Of a DNA stretch of 64,000 bases, positions 1 through 11,551 are shown piece by piece. This DNA comes from Eutreptiella sp. 'Long Island Sound 2002'. Its lineage: Eukaryota > Protista > Euglenida. Each line of letters opens with the position of its first letter. Positions within the stretch are counted from its first letter, which is position 1. The position numbers were made by a program, and so were the translations under genes. Location of the stretch: contig OZ038378.1 of the NCBI GenBank assembly GCA_964036045.1, forward strand, positions 4,154,001-4,218,000, given 5' to 3'. The notes beneath the pieces were generated by a model that was not told where the DNA came from, did no database searches, and saw only the letters and a program-made list of their open reading frames with translations.

Positions 1-499
1 CAAATTCGTGAGGGAGGCAAAGAGAAGAGGGCAAGAGGAGAGGGAAGCACTGATGAAGTAACTTTAACCGAGACCAGATGAGGGGGGCAGGACCAGAGGA
101 TCAGTAGGTGCAGTAGGTGCACCCTTCCCAGATCCAACTCTTGTTGAGGCAAAGACCAATCGTTGTTCAATGCACAGCAATTGCAAGTATCAGGACCTTG
201 CACTGTAACCAGCATGGTATGCGGTTGAGGGCTTTGAGAATGCTTCTGGTGCACTGCAAGCACGCCTCGGCCACAAGGCACAGCCTTAGGAAGCGTTCTG
301 CATGCACTTTGTGAAACTTTGAAGAAATGGAAAATCGTAATGATGGGTCTCAAAGGTTCCTGTTCTACCACTGCACAGGGGCACAACGTGTTTTCGGGAA
401 ATAGGGTGCATGTCCAAGGTCTTTGCATCAGGCATCAGAAAAGGAGCAATCCTGTGACAGCAGTCAGGGAAATCACCGTCTACAAGAATCTGCTCCTCT

Positions 500-1290
500 T
501 TCTTCAGCAAATTAACCGCCACATTCTTTGAGGACAGGGGCATCGCTGTCAAGCCCAGTTGCTAGACTGCGAGCTCATTGGCATTGCCCACAGTGATCCA
601 CGAGCAAAAAAAAAAACTAGTTTCGTTTCTAGACATCATTGGTTGGAGGAGAATGTCATTCAAGAAGCTAATAGTAGTTCCAAGCAGGAACATACATGCC
701 CTCAATGAGGGTCAAGGGGAACCAGGATACAGTGGAACTTGCTCAAACGGTTGGCAAAATTCACAACACGTACATGACCCTTGCTATAATAGTGATGAGA
801 CTACAGGGACGGACGTCAAAGCTCTGCTCTCAACACCGCTCTCTTGTGGGACGCCACAGAAGCGTTCCATGCACCACTAATGCATTCTCTTTGGCTCTAA
901 TTGGAACGCATCCAACCAAATCTGGTCAACTTTACATATATAAGCAGCAGTGAAACTGCAATGAAACCGTTTCCAAAGGTGCTTCATGCAATCAATCATG
1001 TTCCACCTTGTAATCAACCTGCATCTTACAGCAATTCCTGGGTCTTTATTCTCTTCAAAAAATACGATTGAATTCTGCCACACACAGGAATGCTCTCATC
1101 TGAAAGACCCATCCACTCTTGAGCGCTTGCAGCATAGCAGCTGAACGATGCACTTGCTGAATAAGGTCTTACAAGGCCTTGCTACCCTGTGTAGAACTGG
1201 AAGCAAGACTGGATTGCACCAGTAAACAACTGCAGCTGGAAACGAGTGTTAGTTTGTTTGGTGTTTGGGAATCGGTTTGGAAACTGTGGC
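500..1290 (-). pseudogene. Degenerate non-LTR retrotransposon (LINE) reverse-transcriptase remnant
   Basis: One minus frame, interrupted by stops, gives RT-like motifs in the expected order: KPIPK (~1264-1278), GSFR*EHSC (~1084-1110, cf. GFRxxxS), GVPQES (838-855, cf. GVPQGS), ISFLNDILL (646-672, cf. FxDD). The spacing from GVPQ to the xDD motif is longer than usual. Recognised by eye only. Confidence 0.45.
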
Positions 1291-2249
1291 TATGTGAAAA
1301 GATAACCACAGAATATCCTTGGTACCTTGCAGCAATTTTAGAAGCACGTGGGTACCATAACAGCCCGCACGTAAAAACTTGCAAGCTGCATATTGTTTAG
1401 TTTTGTGTGGTAGATCGAACAAAGAAGACCTACTAGTGACTCAAATACCTGAAAATTCCTGGAGAGTGGGTGCACAGACAAAAAAAATCACATCCTTGGA
1501 CTTAGTGTTGATCGAATCCTGGAATTGTGGAGGCACATGTTACGTCGCCAGTACCAAAAAGGCTCTAATGGAGATGGGACCCATGCCAGCCCCGATGAAA
1601 ACAGAATGGCCTGCTTGCCCGTGTTGATGAACATGTGCCAGCCCAGCCGCTACGATACTGCCGGCGCTGACGCCGCCCTCGCCAAAGACACGCCCCTGCC
1701 CCGATTGGGAGCGCGACTGCCGGAACCTCCAGCGCCCAAAGATTGGCCCTTGGCGCACTGCGCACTCCGTGTGACCCCGTGTCACCCAGACCAAGGGGGG
1801 GCAGCCCCCCATCTCGACCCTTTCATGGGATGAGAGAGCAAGTGCACAACCTAGCCCCCCCCCCCCTCTGCCAGTGCAGGGGGGGGGGGGGCAGGACAGG
1901 GGGATAATGATGAGGCAGCTGCCTCTGCGCAGGAGATGCAGCCCCCAGGCTGCCTGATATGTTTCGGCGCTTTTGGCGCAATGAGCACCACGGGAGGAGG
2001 GTGCAGAGGCGGGCACGGCAACCTGCCCCGTCCTCGCCCGGCCGGAGGGCCGAGTGCGAGAGCCCAGGGGCAGGGCACAGACAAAGGGCACAACAGCCCC
2101 CCGCCCATCCCTCCCAAGCGGTGCAGACACGTCTCTTGTGGAGGAAGGATGGGGATGTCTCATGGCCGAAACAGAACACTACTTCTGCACAATGCAGCAA
2201 AAAACCATGTCAAATTCTGCAAACAACTGTTCAAACCATACAAAATAAA

Positions 2250-2845
2250 GTACCCCCCCCCTTTGTAATAGCTACGCAAAAGTACCAAATTAATATGGTC
2301 CCTACGCCGACTGTAGCTAAGACAAGGGCGTGGCTTGTGCACAACAAACACAACTACCAACACACATGTGGGTGAGTGCATGGTGTGAGTGCACCTTATC
2401 CTCCGCCTACAGTCCCAAAGGCATGTAAACACAAGAAAGTGTTTGAAACATGAAACTTCAGGTTCACACCCATGTTCCTACAAGCAATGAGGCATGAGAA
2501 GCCTACAAATGTTCGTCTTGGAAACCCTTCTTGCGATCATACACCATGCGGAACAACTCCACATGCTCACTACTTGAAGATGCCTTTGAAGATGCCTTTG
2601 CCCGAGGTTTAGGGGCTGGTTTGGGCTCAGGCAACTTCAAGTTCTTGGGAATGAAATTGCCTTGCATGTGGTCTCTTGTAAAGTACACTCACAACCCTAT
2701 GCAACTGGCAAATTCGTCACCAAACCCATGTCTTGGGTGGCCGCACTACATCTGGTACCGAATTAAAATTAGGTACCAAATACGGTCCCTACGCCTATTG
2801 TAGCTTGGACAAAGGCGTGCCTATTACAAGAGGGGGGGGGGGGAT
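2250..2845. mobile_element. Non-autonomous TIR element (MITE-like), family A, copy 1
   Basis: Imperfect inverted ends: left GTAC-Cn-TTTGTAATAGCTACGC; right (reverse complement) AT-Cn-TCTTGTAATAGGCACGC. Internal segments 2426-2520 and 2700-2840 are clearly homologous to 23955-24049 and 25090-25226. No clear TSD. Confidence 0.6.
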
Positions 2846-4595
2846 GTGTGTTGTTAATTGCCGAGTTGGCGTGAGATTTCACCCAATCCTTCCCAAGCAA
2901 ATGACTGCTGCTACAGAGACACACAAAAAAACATATGATTGAGAATCACAGAGGTGGCGAAAAGACCAATGACTTTGTGGTTCAACCTGAGGGACAAAAA
3001 GTATGCAGTGCTGGCACATCCTTCACCTCTCAGACTACATCGGGCAGAGAATATGAAGGACCACTGCGTTTTATTCGCCAACTGCAAGTGGTTGTGTTAG
3101 CACTCACCTGCAACCTTCACAGCACTTCTACATAGATTGCTCGCGAAAGAGCTCCCCTGTCCTGAAAATATTACAGCCACGTGCTGCTTTGTGGCTGACT
3201 GGCACAACGAACTGTGCCTTGAGGGCTGGAAAAATTCGAGCTCTTAATGTAGCTGTTGAGGACAGCACCCAGCGCAAAAGACTTCGGGCCTCCTGTTGGA
3301 CTGCAACCAGTTTGACGGGGCTGGGCAGCTGTCAAAGAACCCATAGCTGCTGTGCATTGGGCCAGCAGGTCAGATAGAGGGCTCTTGGTTGTGGGTGGGC
3401 AGAGGGTGGACAAGGGTTGGCGAGTCACAGAGGGGCTGGGGCCTGCCTGCTGGTCAGCTTGGTTCGGGGCAAATGTACCAATTTTGGACATATCAGCCGG
3501 CACAGGCAGGGTTCGATTTGGCAAAGGGCTGGTTGGGATGATAGAAACCATTGGTTCCTGCAGATCCACGGGTTCTGTGCACTGGAAAGGCGTCTTTCTG
3601 TTGGACCAGCAATCCAGATTATTCACCCTGAGAGTGAGAGATGCAATCGGCAAAAAATTGGAACAGAACACAGAAGGGATGGCGGTTCAAGGTCAGAGTC
3701 GGGCCCAAAGGGGAGGGGGAATGCTGCCCTGGGGTTCCAAAGGGAAAAACAGGGACACCACTTGGAATAATGTAGCCTCCTGTGCCCTTATGTTGCAAAA
3801 AAAGAAGAAGACCACACTTTCGCAGGACGTATTAAATGCCCCTTGCAGACTATGCAGGCACGCAGGTAGCTATGTTGTGGGTGTCTGCCTTCTTGGCCAG
3901 ATCCGCATAGCGGAACCAAACAATACGGACAAGAGCATAGGTGTCCATGGGGATGGTAATTTGACATTCAGCTGCAAAAACCCTTCAATAGGTGTTCAAG
4001 TAGGACATGAAAGTGTACCATTCCCAGAAAACGATACCCATTCCATTTTCTGTGCTGTGGACACAATAACAAGCAAATGCCTACCACAGATGGGCAAAAT
4101 TTTGGAAAAGGAAAATCAGGCAGGTCTTGGAGCTTGAAGATGTGGAGAGTGGTGGTGGTTGGGGGGGGGGGGGGCTCCCTAAGGCTGGGGACAATCTCCT
4201 TGACCAAAAAGTTATGCAACCTCAGGCCTCAAGTGGCCTGAATTGGTGGGATTTCATTCCAATGACATCACCATGGATCCATCATGCAGGTGCATGCATG
4301 CACCAGTTCAACGCAAGCAAGTAAAATGTGCGCCAACAAAAACAGCAAAGATAATGATGCTGAATGATTTTCATCCCCACCTTGCATACATGCAGAAAAA
4401 TACAGCATTTGTTGATATTTTGAAATCCTACATTAGACTAGAAAAATACAGCATTTGTTGACCACATCTTGGCATCCAAAAATTAGACTGGAAAAATACT
4501 GCATTGGTTGACCATATCTTGACCACCCGTGCTGGCCAGAAAACAGCAAAGTGCTGAACAACAATTGGTAAGGATCAATACGAAATGGGGGCAAT

Positions 4596-5151
4596 ACGCC
4601 AACCAACTTTTGCACACCGCAGTGCAAACACACCAAAAACGGCACTGCTTGGGGAACAATAAGCACCACTTGGAGGGCCTAATTGGTGTCACATGGCTCC
4701 CCATGCGTTTATAGCACTCACATTATGACGAAATGATCACTCAACAACGGCCCACTGGTCCCCAAGGGTCGCCAGAGGTCACCCCAAAATCGCGATTTTT
4801 CAACCACCGCATGCCGGCCTGAAAATGGCTATTGGTTAGGGGGTCCATGGAGAAAAAAACAGGTCTCTCGGAACCAGGTCCAGGTCAGAGCACAGTGGCA
4901 GCGATAGGCCAACCAACTTTTGCCTACCACGATGCAAAAGCACCCAAAATGTCACTATTCAAGGGTCAATAAGCCCCACTAGGTGGTCCTAACCGGTGCT
5001 ACGTGGCTCCCCATGGGTTTGTATGCACTCCCATTGTCACCAAATGATTACCCAACCACAACCCAAGGGTCCTCATGGGTTGTCAGCGGCCACCCAGAAA
5101 TCGTGATTTTTCAACCACCCCATGGCGGCCTAAAAACGGCTATTGGTTAGG
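4596..5151. repeat. Diverged tandem duplication, period ~309 bp
   Basis: GCCAACCAACTTTTGC... at ~4599 and ~4908; ...GATTTTTCAACCACC...GGCTATTGGTTAGGG at ~4795-4843 and ~5105-5152. Confidence 0.8.
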
Positions 5152-7699
5152 GGTATTTGGTGTTACTTAGTACTAGACGAGGTAAAACTTAGCACAATGT
5201 GGTAAACATTAGCAGAAGCGAGGTAAAACTTACCAAACAAACCTTTTTTTCAAAAGATTTAAAAATTTTTTATTTTTACTGAGTACAAGAAGGAAAATTT
5301 TATTAAGTTTGACCATACCCCTCCCCATTTTTACCAAGGAACTCGACACCTCGACGGTAGGGGGTACTTGTGTCAAAGGGCACAAAGCCCCCGGGCCGAT
5401 TTCCGGGCACTTGTGTTAGTGGCGCCCCAACCGGGCCAAAACATCATGCACACCAAGTTGTTGGCACCCGGCCAATATAACAAAGGATACAATAATATAT
5501 TTGGGCCGGGGCAGTAGAAACAAAATCAGGCTCATGAAAAGAGTACTGACAGGGCATGGCCAACATCAATGCGGCGGCAGTAGGAACAAAACCGGGTGTA
5601 ACAAAAAAAGAGAACCCGACAGGGCCACAACCAACGTTAGGGCCAACTCTTTAGTAGTTACAAAAGACAATCTTGAAGATCAAGTTGGCCTTAGTATCTC
5701 TATGGCTCGGTTTACCTCTATGGGATTCATGGTGCACATCTAAAGTAGTTTTTGGTCCCCCGTGCAGCTTGGTGCAAAACTCTTGGTCATTTCTTAGTTG
5801 GCCATCACCATTTTGGGGGTATTGAGGAGGCACCGCATACCACTTGCGATTGATAAACACATCGAATGGGTGTTATCAATGGCATCATCAGGAGCGACAA
5901 TAGCAGCAAAAGCAGCAGCAACAACAGCAAGGTTGGCAGCCCAGAATTGGGGCAGTCCTACAGATATTTCTAATTGACGCAAGATAGAGGCATGGAAGGC
6001 ACAATGAAGAACCTTACATTTGTAGCGCATTATGTGAGGTGTGCTGTGACAAAAAAAAAGCATGTGTCACAGAGTCTACAGATTTGGGTTCGGTGTACAT
6101 CTGAGCCACCACCCAATGCATTGGTGGGGTCGTAGGGTCCCATGTGTGCAGGTCCACTTGGAACGATCGAAAAAATGTGCCCACTTCTTCCACTGTTGTG
6201 GTTGAACGCCTTCTCGTTCAGCAATGAAATCCACAACAACCAACTCCTCCTTGTTTGCCCAAACAATGTGTGGCCGTTCACATAGGGGGTCAAACTTAAG
6301 GTAGAGGTATTCACGAGTTGGGACAATCAACGGCAAGTAGAACACCCAATAGAATTTGCCCAATTTATAAACTTGCGCCACAATCAAGGGTGGTGCAAAA
6401 GACATATCAATGGACACCGCTTCCAAAGTGCAGTGTGCCCACCATTCAACCAACTGGTCTACGTTGTGGACAGGCACACGAGGCATTCCACAACGAATCA
6501 TGGACAACCCATGCCACACCCATTGTGTCCCAATCCACACTAAAAGCGGTTTGGGCCCACCGGTAATACACCACAATCTGAGACATGGATGTGAATGCGT
6601 CGGAGCATTCCGGTGGGTCTTGTCGGGACAATTGTTTCAATTCGGCCCAAAACACTTCTTTTCCAGACCTCCTTCCATTGCTCTTGTCGCCTCCTGACAG
6701 ATACACCCCCCCTTCCGCCTCCGAGTCGGATGGGCACAGAGGACATCGCTGAGAACACCCGGGGTGCCTCCACCACCAAGGGACTCCTCCCCTTGGAGAA
6801 GGTGCTATCCGGATGGGGCAGGCGCACCACTGCCATACCAAGTGCCCACACGCGCCTAGGTCGCCCTCGCGGAGAGGAGAACACCATCAAAGTGGCTGCC
6901 GCAGGGTAGACCTAGGGCAGCGAGTCCGCCGTGCAACCCCCCGTGCTTGCTGTGCGTCAAGGAGTGCTACAAGGCCGACCCGACTCAAGTGACTTCATTG
7001 ATGGATGCGCCGCTTCCGGAGGACCCACACCACACAGGGTCTGTCGCACAAAAGCCGGAAGAGTCCAACCCAACCCAACCCAACCCCCCTTCCGCTTGTT
7101 CCTCCCCCCGTGCCTCGCACCGCCATTCGTAGTACGGTCATAGTCTGTGACATAGCTCTCGGTGGTGAGGTCCCTGAATTGGCATGCCTTGAACTCAAAT
7201 TGTTGCAGCGATAACTTGGAACCGTGACATGTATTGGCGGCCCCCAATCGTCACCAAGTAGTGCTTGAACCTCGGACAAGGATAGGCGAAACGAGCCATG
7301 GCTATCGTTAAGTGCTTTGCACACATCAGCCACGACTTCTTCTACACTAGGACACCGAGTATGAGATGTTGGGTGATCACTACATGGTGTCGCGTCACCA
7401 ATTCCGGATGGAATGGAAGTGGGTGGGACAAGTTCCAGTGGGGTACTCGAAACCTCGGCACAAGAAGCTATAGAAGCTCTGCTTCCCCCTAACACTTCAG
7501 AGCGGGGGACAACATCAGCAGTGGCCCATAATGGGCAAATTGGCTCCATAACCGCTGCCGTCTAAGGGGTCCCCAACACTTCAGATGGCACCGAGGCATG
7601 GATGAGGTAACATAGGTGCTAGAAAGGTGGGAGGAGGTGTAGGCTGAAACCATCTTGCACCCATCTCCCTCTGTGAATGTGGGTGGAAGGGACCCCTCA

Positions 7700-9133
7700 G
7701 ACAAAGCGTGGGAGGCCATCACCCCAACTCGAGGGGTCACACTAAAGGCCGGGAGTCCATCACCCCAACTCAAGTGGCCACGCCGAAGGGTGGGAGATCA
7801 TCACCCCAATTTGAGGGGCCACACTTTAGCGTGGGAGTCCATCACCCTAACTCGAGAGGCCACACTAAAGGCTAGGTGTCCATCATCACAACTCAAGGAG
7901 CCACAACGAAGGGTGAGAGTTCATCACCCCGACTCGAGGGGCCACACTATAGCGTGGGAGTCCATCACCCCCAATCGAGGGGTCACAACGGAGGCTGGGA
8001 GTCCATCACCCCAAATTGAGCGGCCACACTGTAGTGTGAGAGTCCATCAACCCAACTCAAGGGGCCACACTAAAGCATGGGATTCCATCGCCCCATCTTG
8101 AGGGAGGGCAAGAACGAAGCATGCGGGTCCATCACCCCTACTCGAGGGGCCAAATCCAAGCGTTTGAGTCCATCAACCCAAATCGAGGGGCCACACCGAA
8201 GCATGGGAGTCCATCACCCCAACTTGAGAAACCAAAACGAAGGATGGCAGTCCATAACCCCAACCGGAGGGGCCACACCGAGGCTTGGGAGTCCTTCACC
8301 CGAACTCGAGGCGCCGCACTGAAGTGTGGGAGTCCATCAACCCAACTCGAAAGGCCGCACGTAAGAGTGGGAGTACATCACCCCGATGTGAGGGGCCACA
8401 CCAAAGTGAGGGAGTCCATCACCCCATCTTGAGGGACCAGAACAAAGAGTGGGAGTCCATCACCCAAACTCTAGGGGCCACAACGAAGCATGGGAGTCCA
8501 TATCCCCACCACAGGGGCCATGCTGAAGCTTGGGAGTCCATGACCCCAACTCGAGGGGCCGCACCCAAATGTGCGAGTTTATGGTTGCGACAAAGTGTGG
8601 GAATCCATCACCGCAACTTGAGGGGCCACACTGAAGCGTGGGAGTCCATAGCACCAACCATGCTGAGGGTGGGAGTGAATCACACCCACTGAAGGGGCCA
8701 CGGTGTAGCATGGGAGTCCATAACCCGCACCGGAAGGGCCACACCAAAGCTTGGGAGTCCATCACCCCGACTCCAAGGCCACCTAGAAGGCTAGGAGTCC
8801 ACAACACAACGCGAGTCACCACTACGAAGCAAGGGTGTGGATAACCCCAACCGCACTGGCTACGCCCAAGTGTGGGAGTCCATCAACCCCACTCGCGGGG
8901 CCACGCTGAAGGCTAGAGTCCATCACCCATACCCCAAGGGCCACAACAAAGCATCGGAGTCCATCACCCCAACTTAGGGGCCACAACAAAGCATGGGAGT
9001 CCATCACCCCTACGTAGGGGCCACAACAAAGCATGGGAGTCCATCACCCCAACTCCGGGGGCCAAACAGAAACGTGGGAGTCAATCACCCCAACTCAAGG
9101 GGCCACACCGAAGGGTGGGAGTCCATCACCCCA
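7700..9133 (+). repeat. Degenerate 41-bp satellite, block 1 (~35 units)
   Basis: Consensus approx. GGGAGTCCATCACCCCAACTCGAGGGGCCACACCGAAGCGT; unit starts at 7751, 7792 and 7833 give a 41-bp period. Contiguous units, no unique spacers. Confidence 0.9.
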
Positions 9134-9143
9134 AACTCCCATC

Positions 9144-9213
9144 CACGGGGGGGCCGTCCCCTCGCTTTTAGACGCGACTCCCCCCCCCAGTAGAAGTGGG
9201 CCGAAGGCCCCTA

Positions 9214-9248
<35 letters not shown>

Positions 9249-9758
9249 TTGGAGGGGGGGTTCAGGGAGGGGCGATGGGGGGGGGGGGCGGTCGGGAGGG
9301 TCAGTTGGGGGGGGGTCCAGGTGGGGCGATTTGGGGTGGTGGGGGGGGGGCAGGCTCCCGTTACCTCCCCTTGCCCTCCCTCTGGGGTGAGAGCTAGGGC
9401 TAGGGCTAGGGTTAGGGCTAGGGTTAGGGTTAGGGTTAGGGCTAGGGTTAGGGCTAGGGTTAGGGTTAGGGTTAGGGTTAGGGTTAGGGTGAGGAGCAGG
9501 CTGAGGGTTGGGGTGGGCGTTAGAGTCAAGGTTGGGTTCAAGTATAGCGTTGGGGTGCTCCACCGCCTGGGCGGGGAGGGATGCTACGTGGGCAAGGGGA
9601 ATGAAAAAAAATTTTCGGGCGCCTTCGGCGCCACCCTATGTATGGCTAGTAGCCATTGACACTTGGTAACTAAGTGGGCCCGGAGGGCCCGGAGGGCCCG
9701 GAGGGGGGGGGGGAGGGGGGGAGTCGCGTACCGGGACCGAGGAGACGGCCCCCCCGTG
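9144..9758. mobile_element. 615-bp non-autonomous DNA transposon (MITE) with ~45-bp imperfect TIRs and 8-bp TSD
   Basis: Left end CACGGGGGGGCCGTCCCCTCG...ACGCGACTCCCC; right end reverse complement CACGGGGGGGCCGTCTCCTCG...ACGCGACTCCCC. Exact TSD CTCCCATC at 9136-9143 and 9759-9766. No ORF of consequence. Confidence 0.9.
9394..9489 (+). repeat. Interstitial telomeric tract, 16 hexamers (10 TTAGGG + 6 CTAGGG)
   Basis: Directly read; 96 bp of uninterrupted YTAGGG, inside the 615-bp element. Confidence 0.97.
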
Positions 9759-10057
9759 CTCCCATCCTTCAATGTCGCCGCTCGAGCCGTGGATATGGAC
9801 TCCCACGCTGTGGCGTGGCCCCTCGAGTCGGGGTTCTACACTCCCACGCTTCGGCGTGGCCCCTCGAGTTGGGGTGATGGACTACCATGCTTCGGTGCGG
9901 CCCCTCAAGTCGTGGTTATGCACTCCCACGCTTCGGTGTGGCTGCTGGAGTCGCCGTTATGCACTCCCATGCTTTGGTGTGGCCTTTGGAGTTGGGACAT
10001 GAGTGGCCTCTCGAGTTAGGGTGATGGACTCCCACGCTTCCGTGTGGCCCCTCGAGT

Positions 10058-11180
10058 TCCATCACCCTAACTCGAGGGGCAAGATTGAAGCGTGGAAGTC
10101 CATTACCCCAACTCAAAGGGCCACACCGAAGCATGGGAGTTCATCACCCCAGCTCAAGGGGCTACGCCAAAAGGTGTTAGTCCATCACCCCTACTCGAGG
10201 GGCCACGCTGGGCCACGCCAAAGAGTGGGAGTCCATCACCCCAACTCCAACGGCCACAACGAAGCATGGGAGTACATCACCCCAACTTAAGGGCTAGACT
10301 CAAGCATGGGAGTCCATCACCCCGAATCCACTGGCCACAACGAAGTGTGGGAGTCCATAACCCCAATCGGAGAGGCCACGCCAAAGGTTGGGAGTCCATC
10401 ACCCCAACTTGAGGGGCCACAATAGGGTGGGAGCCCACACCCCAACGCGAGTCGCCCACCGAAGCAAGGGTGTCCATGGCCGCAATTGCACTACCCAAGC
10501 CCAAGCGTGGAGATCCATGACCCCAAATTGAGGAGCCACGGTGAAGTGTAAGAGCCCATAACCCCAACTCGACAGGCCACAACGAAGCGTGCGAGTCCAT
10601 CACCCCAACTCTGGGGGCCACGCCGAAGGGTGGGAGTCCATCACCCCTACTCGAGGGGCCACACCAAAGGGTGGAAGTCGATCACCCCAACTCCAAGGGC
10701 CACACTGAAGTGTGGGAGTACATCACCTCAACACAAGGGGCTAGACTCAAGGGGGCATGCCGAAGCGTTGGTGTCCATCACTCCAACTCGAGGGGCCACG
10801 TCAAAGCGTGGTATTCCATCACCCCAACTGGAGGGGCCACACTGGAACGTGGGAGTCCATCACCCCAACTCGAGGGGCCACGCCGAAGGGTGGGAGTCAA
10901 TCACCCCCACTCCACGGGCCACATTGAAGCGTGGGAGTACATCACCTCAATCCGAGGCTTGCACGATTTGGCGCTCAAAGCATGAACGGCTTGATGGAAC
11001 AACTTAGTGCACTAGTTCAACTCAACAGTATCACGGACTGGGCTCAAAACCCCTAGACAAGGGGCCCTCGGGGCAGAAGCTGCAGCTAATTGGTGAGGCC
11101 ACACGGCTAAATCCCCACGCCGCACGCGCGTGCCGCGTCAAGTGCTCCCCCCATCACCCCAACTTGAGGGACCACAACAC
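10058..11180 (+). repeat. 41-bp satellite, block 3 (~22 units to ~10955, plus one isolated unit at ~11151-11180)
   Basis: Same consensus in the + orientation; ~195 bp of unrelated sequence at ~10957-11150. Confidence 0.85.
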
Positions 11181-11551
11181 TGTAAGTCTATTTTTATGAT
11201 CAGTGGATTCTTTTTTGTTGTTGGCGCGAGTAAGAGTTTTTTTTTGCCATCGGCAGTGGTAGTTTTTTTTCTGTGGGCGCTTGCAATTTCTATTTTGCTG
11301 TTGGTGCATGTAATTTTTTTTGATTGTCAGCGTGTGTACGGGAAATAGTTGCCACATCTTGCAATTTGTTTTCTTTTGTTGTTGTGCTGTGTAATTTGTT
11401 TTTTGCTGTCACGCGGTGTACCCTGAAAACATTACACACACTAACAAGGAAAAAAAAATTTACACGACATGGAGATTTCTTTCCGTACAAGCGGTGACAA
11501 GAAAAAAAAATACACAACTTGCAACACACACAGGGACGGACACATGGCACC

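Larger units (their letters stand above)
9134..10057 (-). repeat. 41-bp satellite, inverted block (interrupted by the 615-bp element)
   Basis: Reverse-complement units such as ACTCCCACGCTTCGGCGTGGCCCCTCGAGTTGGGGTGATGG between ~9767 and 10057; the block starts at ~9134, just before the element. Confidence 0.85.

Noticed and set aside
3352-4137. 261-aa plus-strand ORF
   Set aside because: No recognisable motif; a comparable ORF overlaps on the opposite strand and the region looks like decayed repeat.
9214-9246. Exact lengths of G/C homopolymers as a biological signal
   Set aside because: Homopolymer lengths are unreliable in assemblies; only their presence was used.
9394-9489. True chromosome end or telomere fusion
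   Set aside because: Only 96 bp, single orientation, and enclosed by TIRs and a TSD with satellite on both sides.
7700-10955. CRISPR-like array (conserved ~30-bp part plus variable ~10-bp part)
   Set aside because: The variable part is a mutated version of one consensus, not unique spacers; repeats are degenerate, there are no cas genes, and the context is eukaryotic.
7655-11007. ORFs of 70-150 aa across the satellite and the 615-bp element
   Set aside because: They are translations of tandem repeats (ESITP..., RVRVR..., LTLTL...) with no coding evidence.
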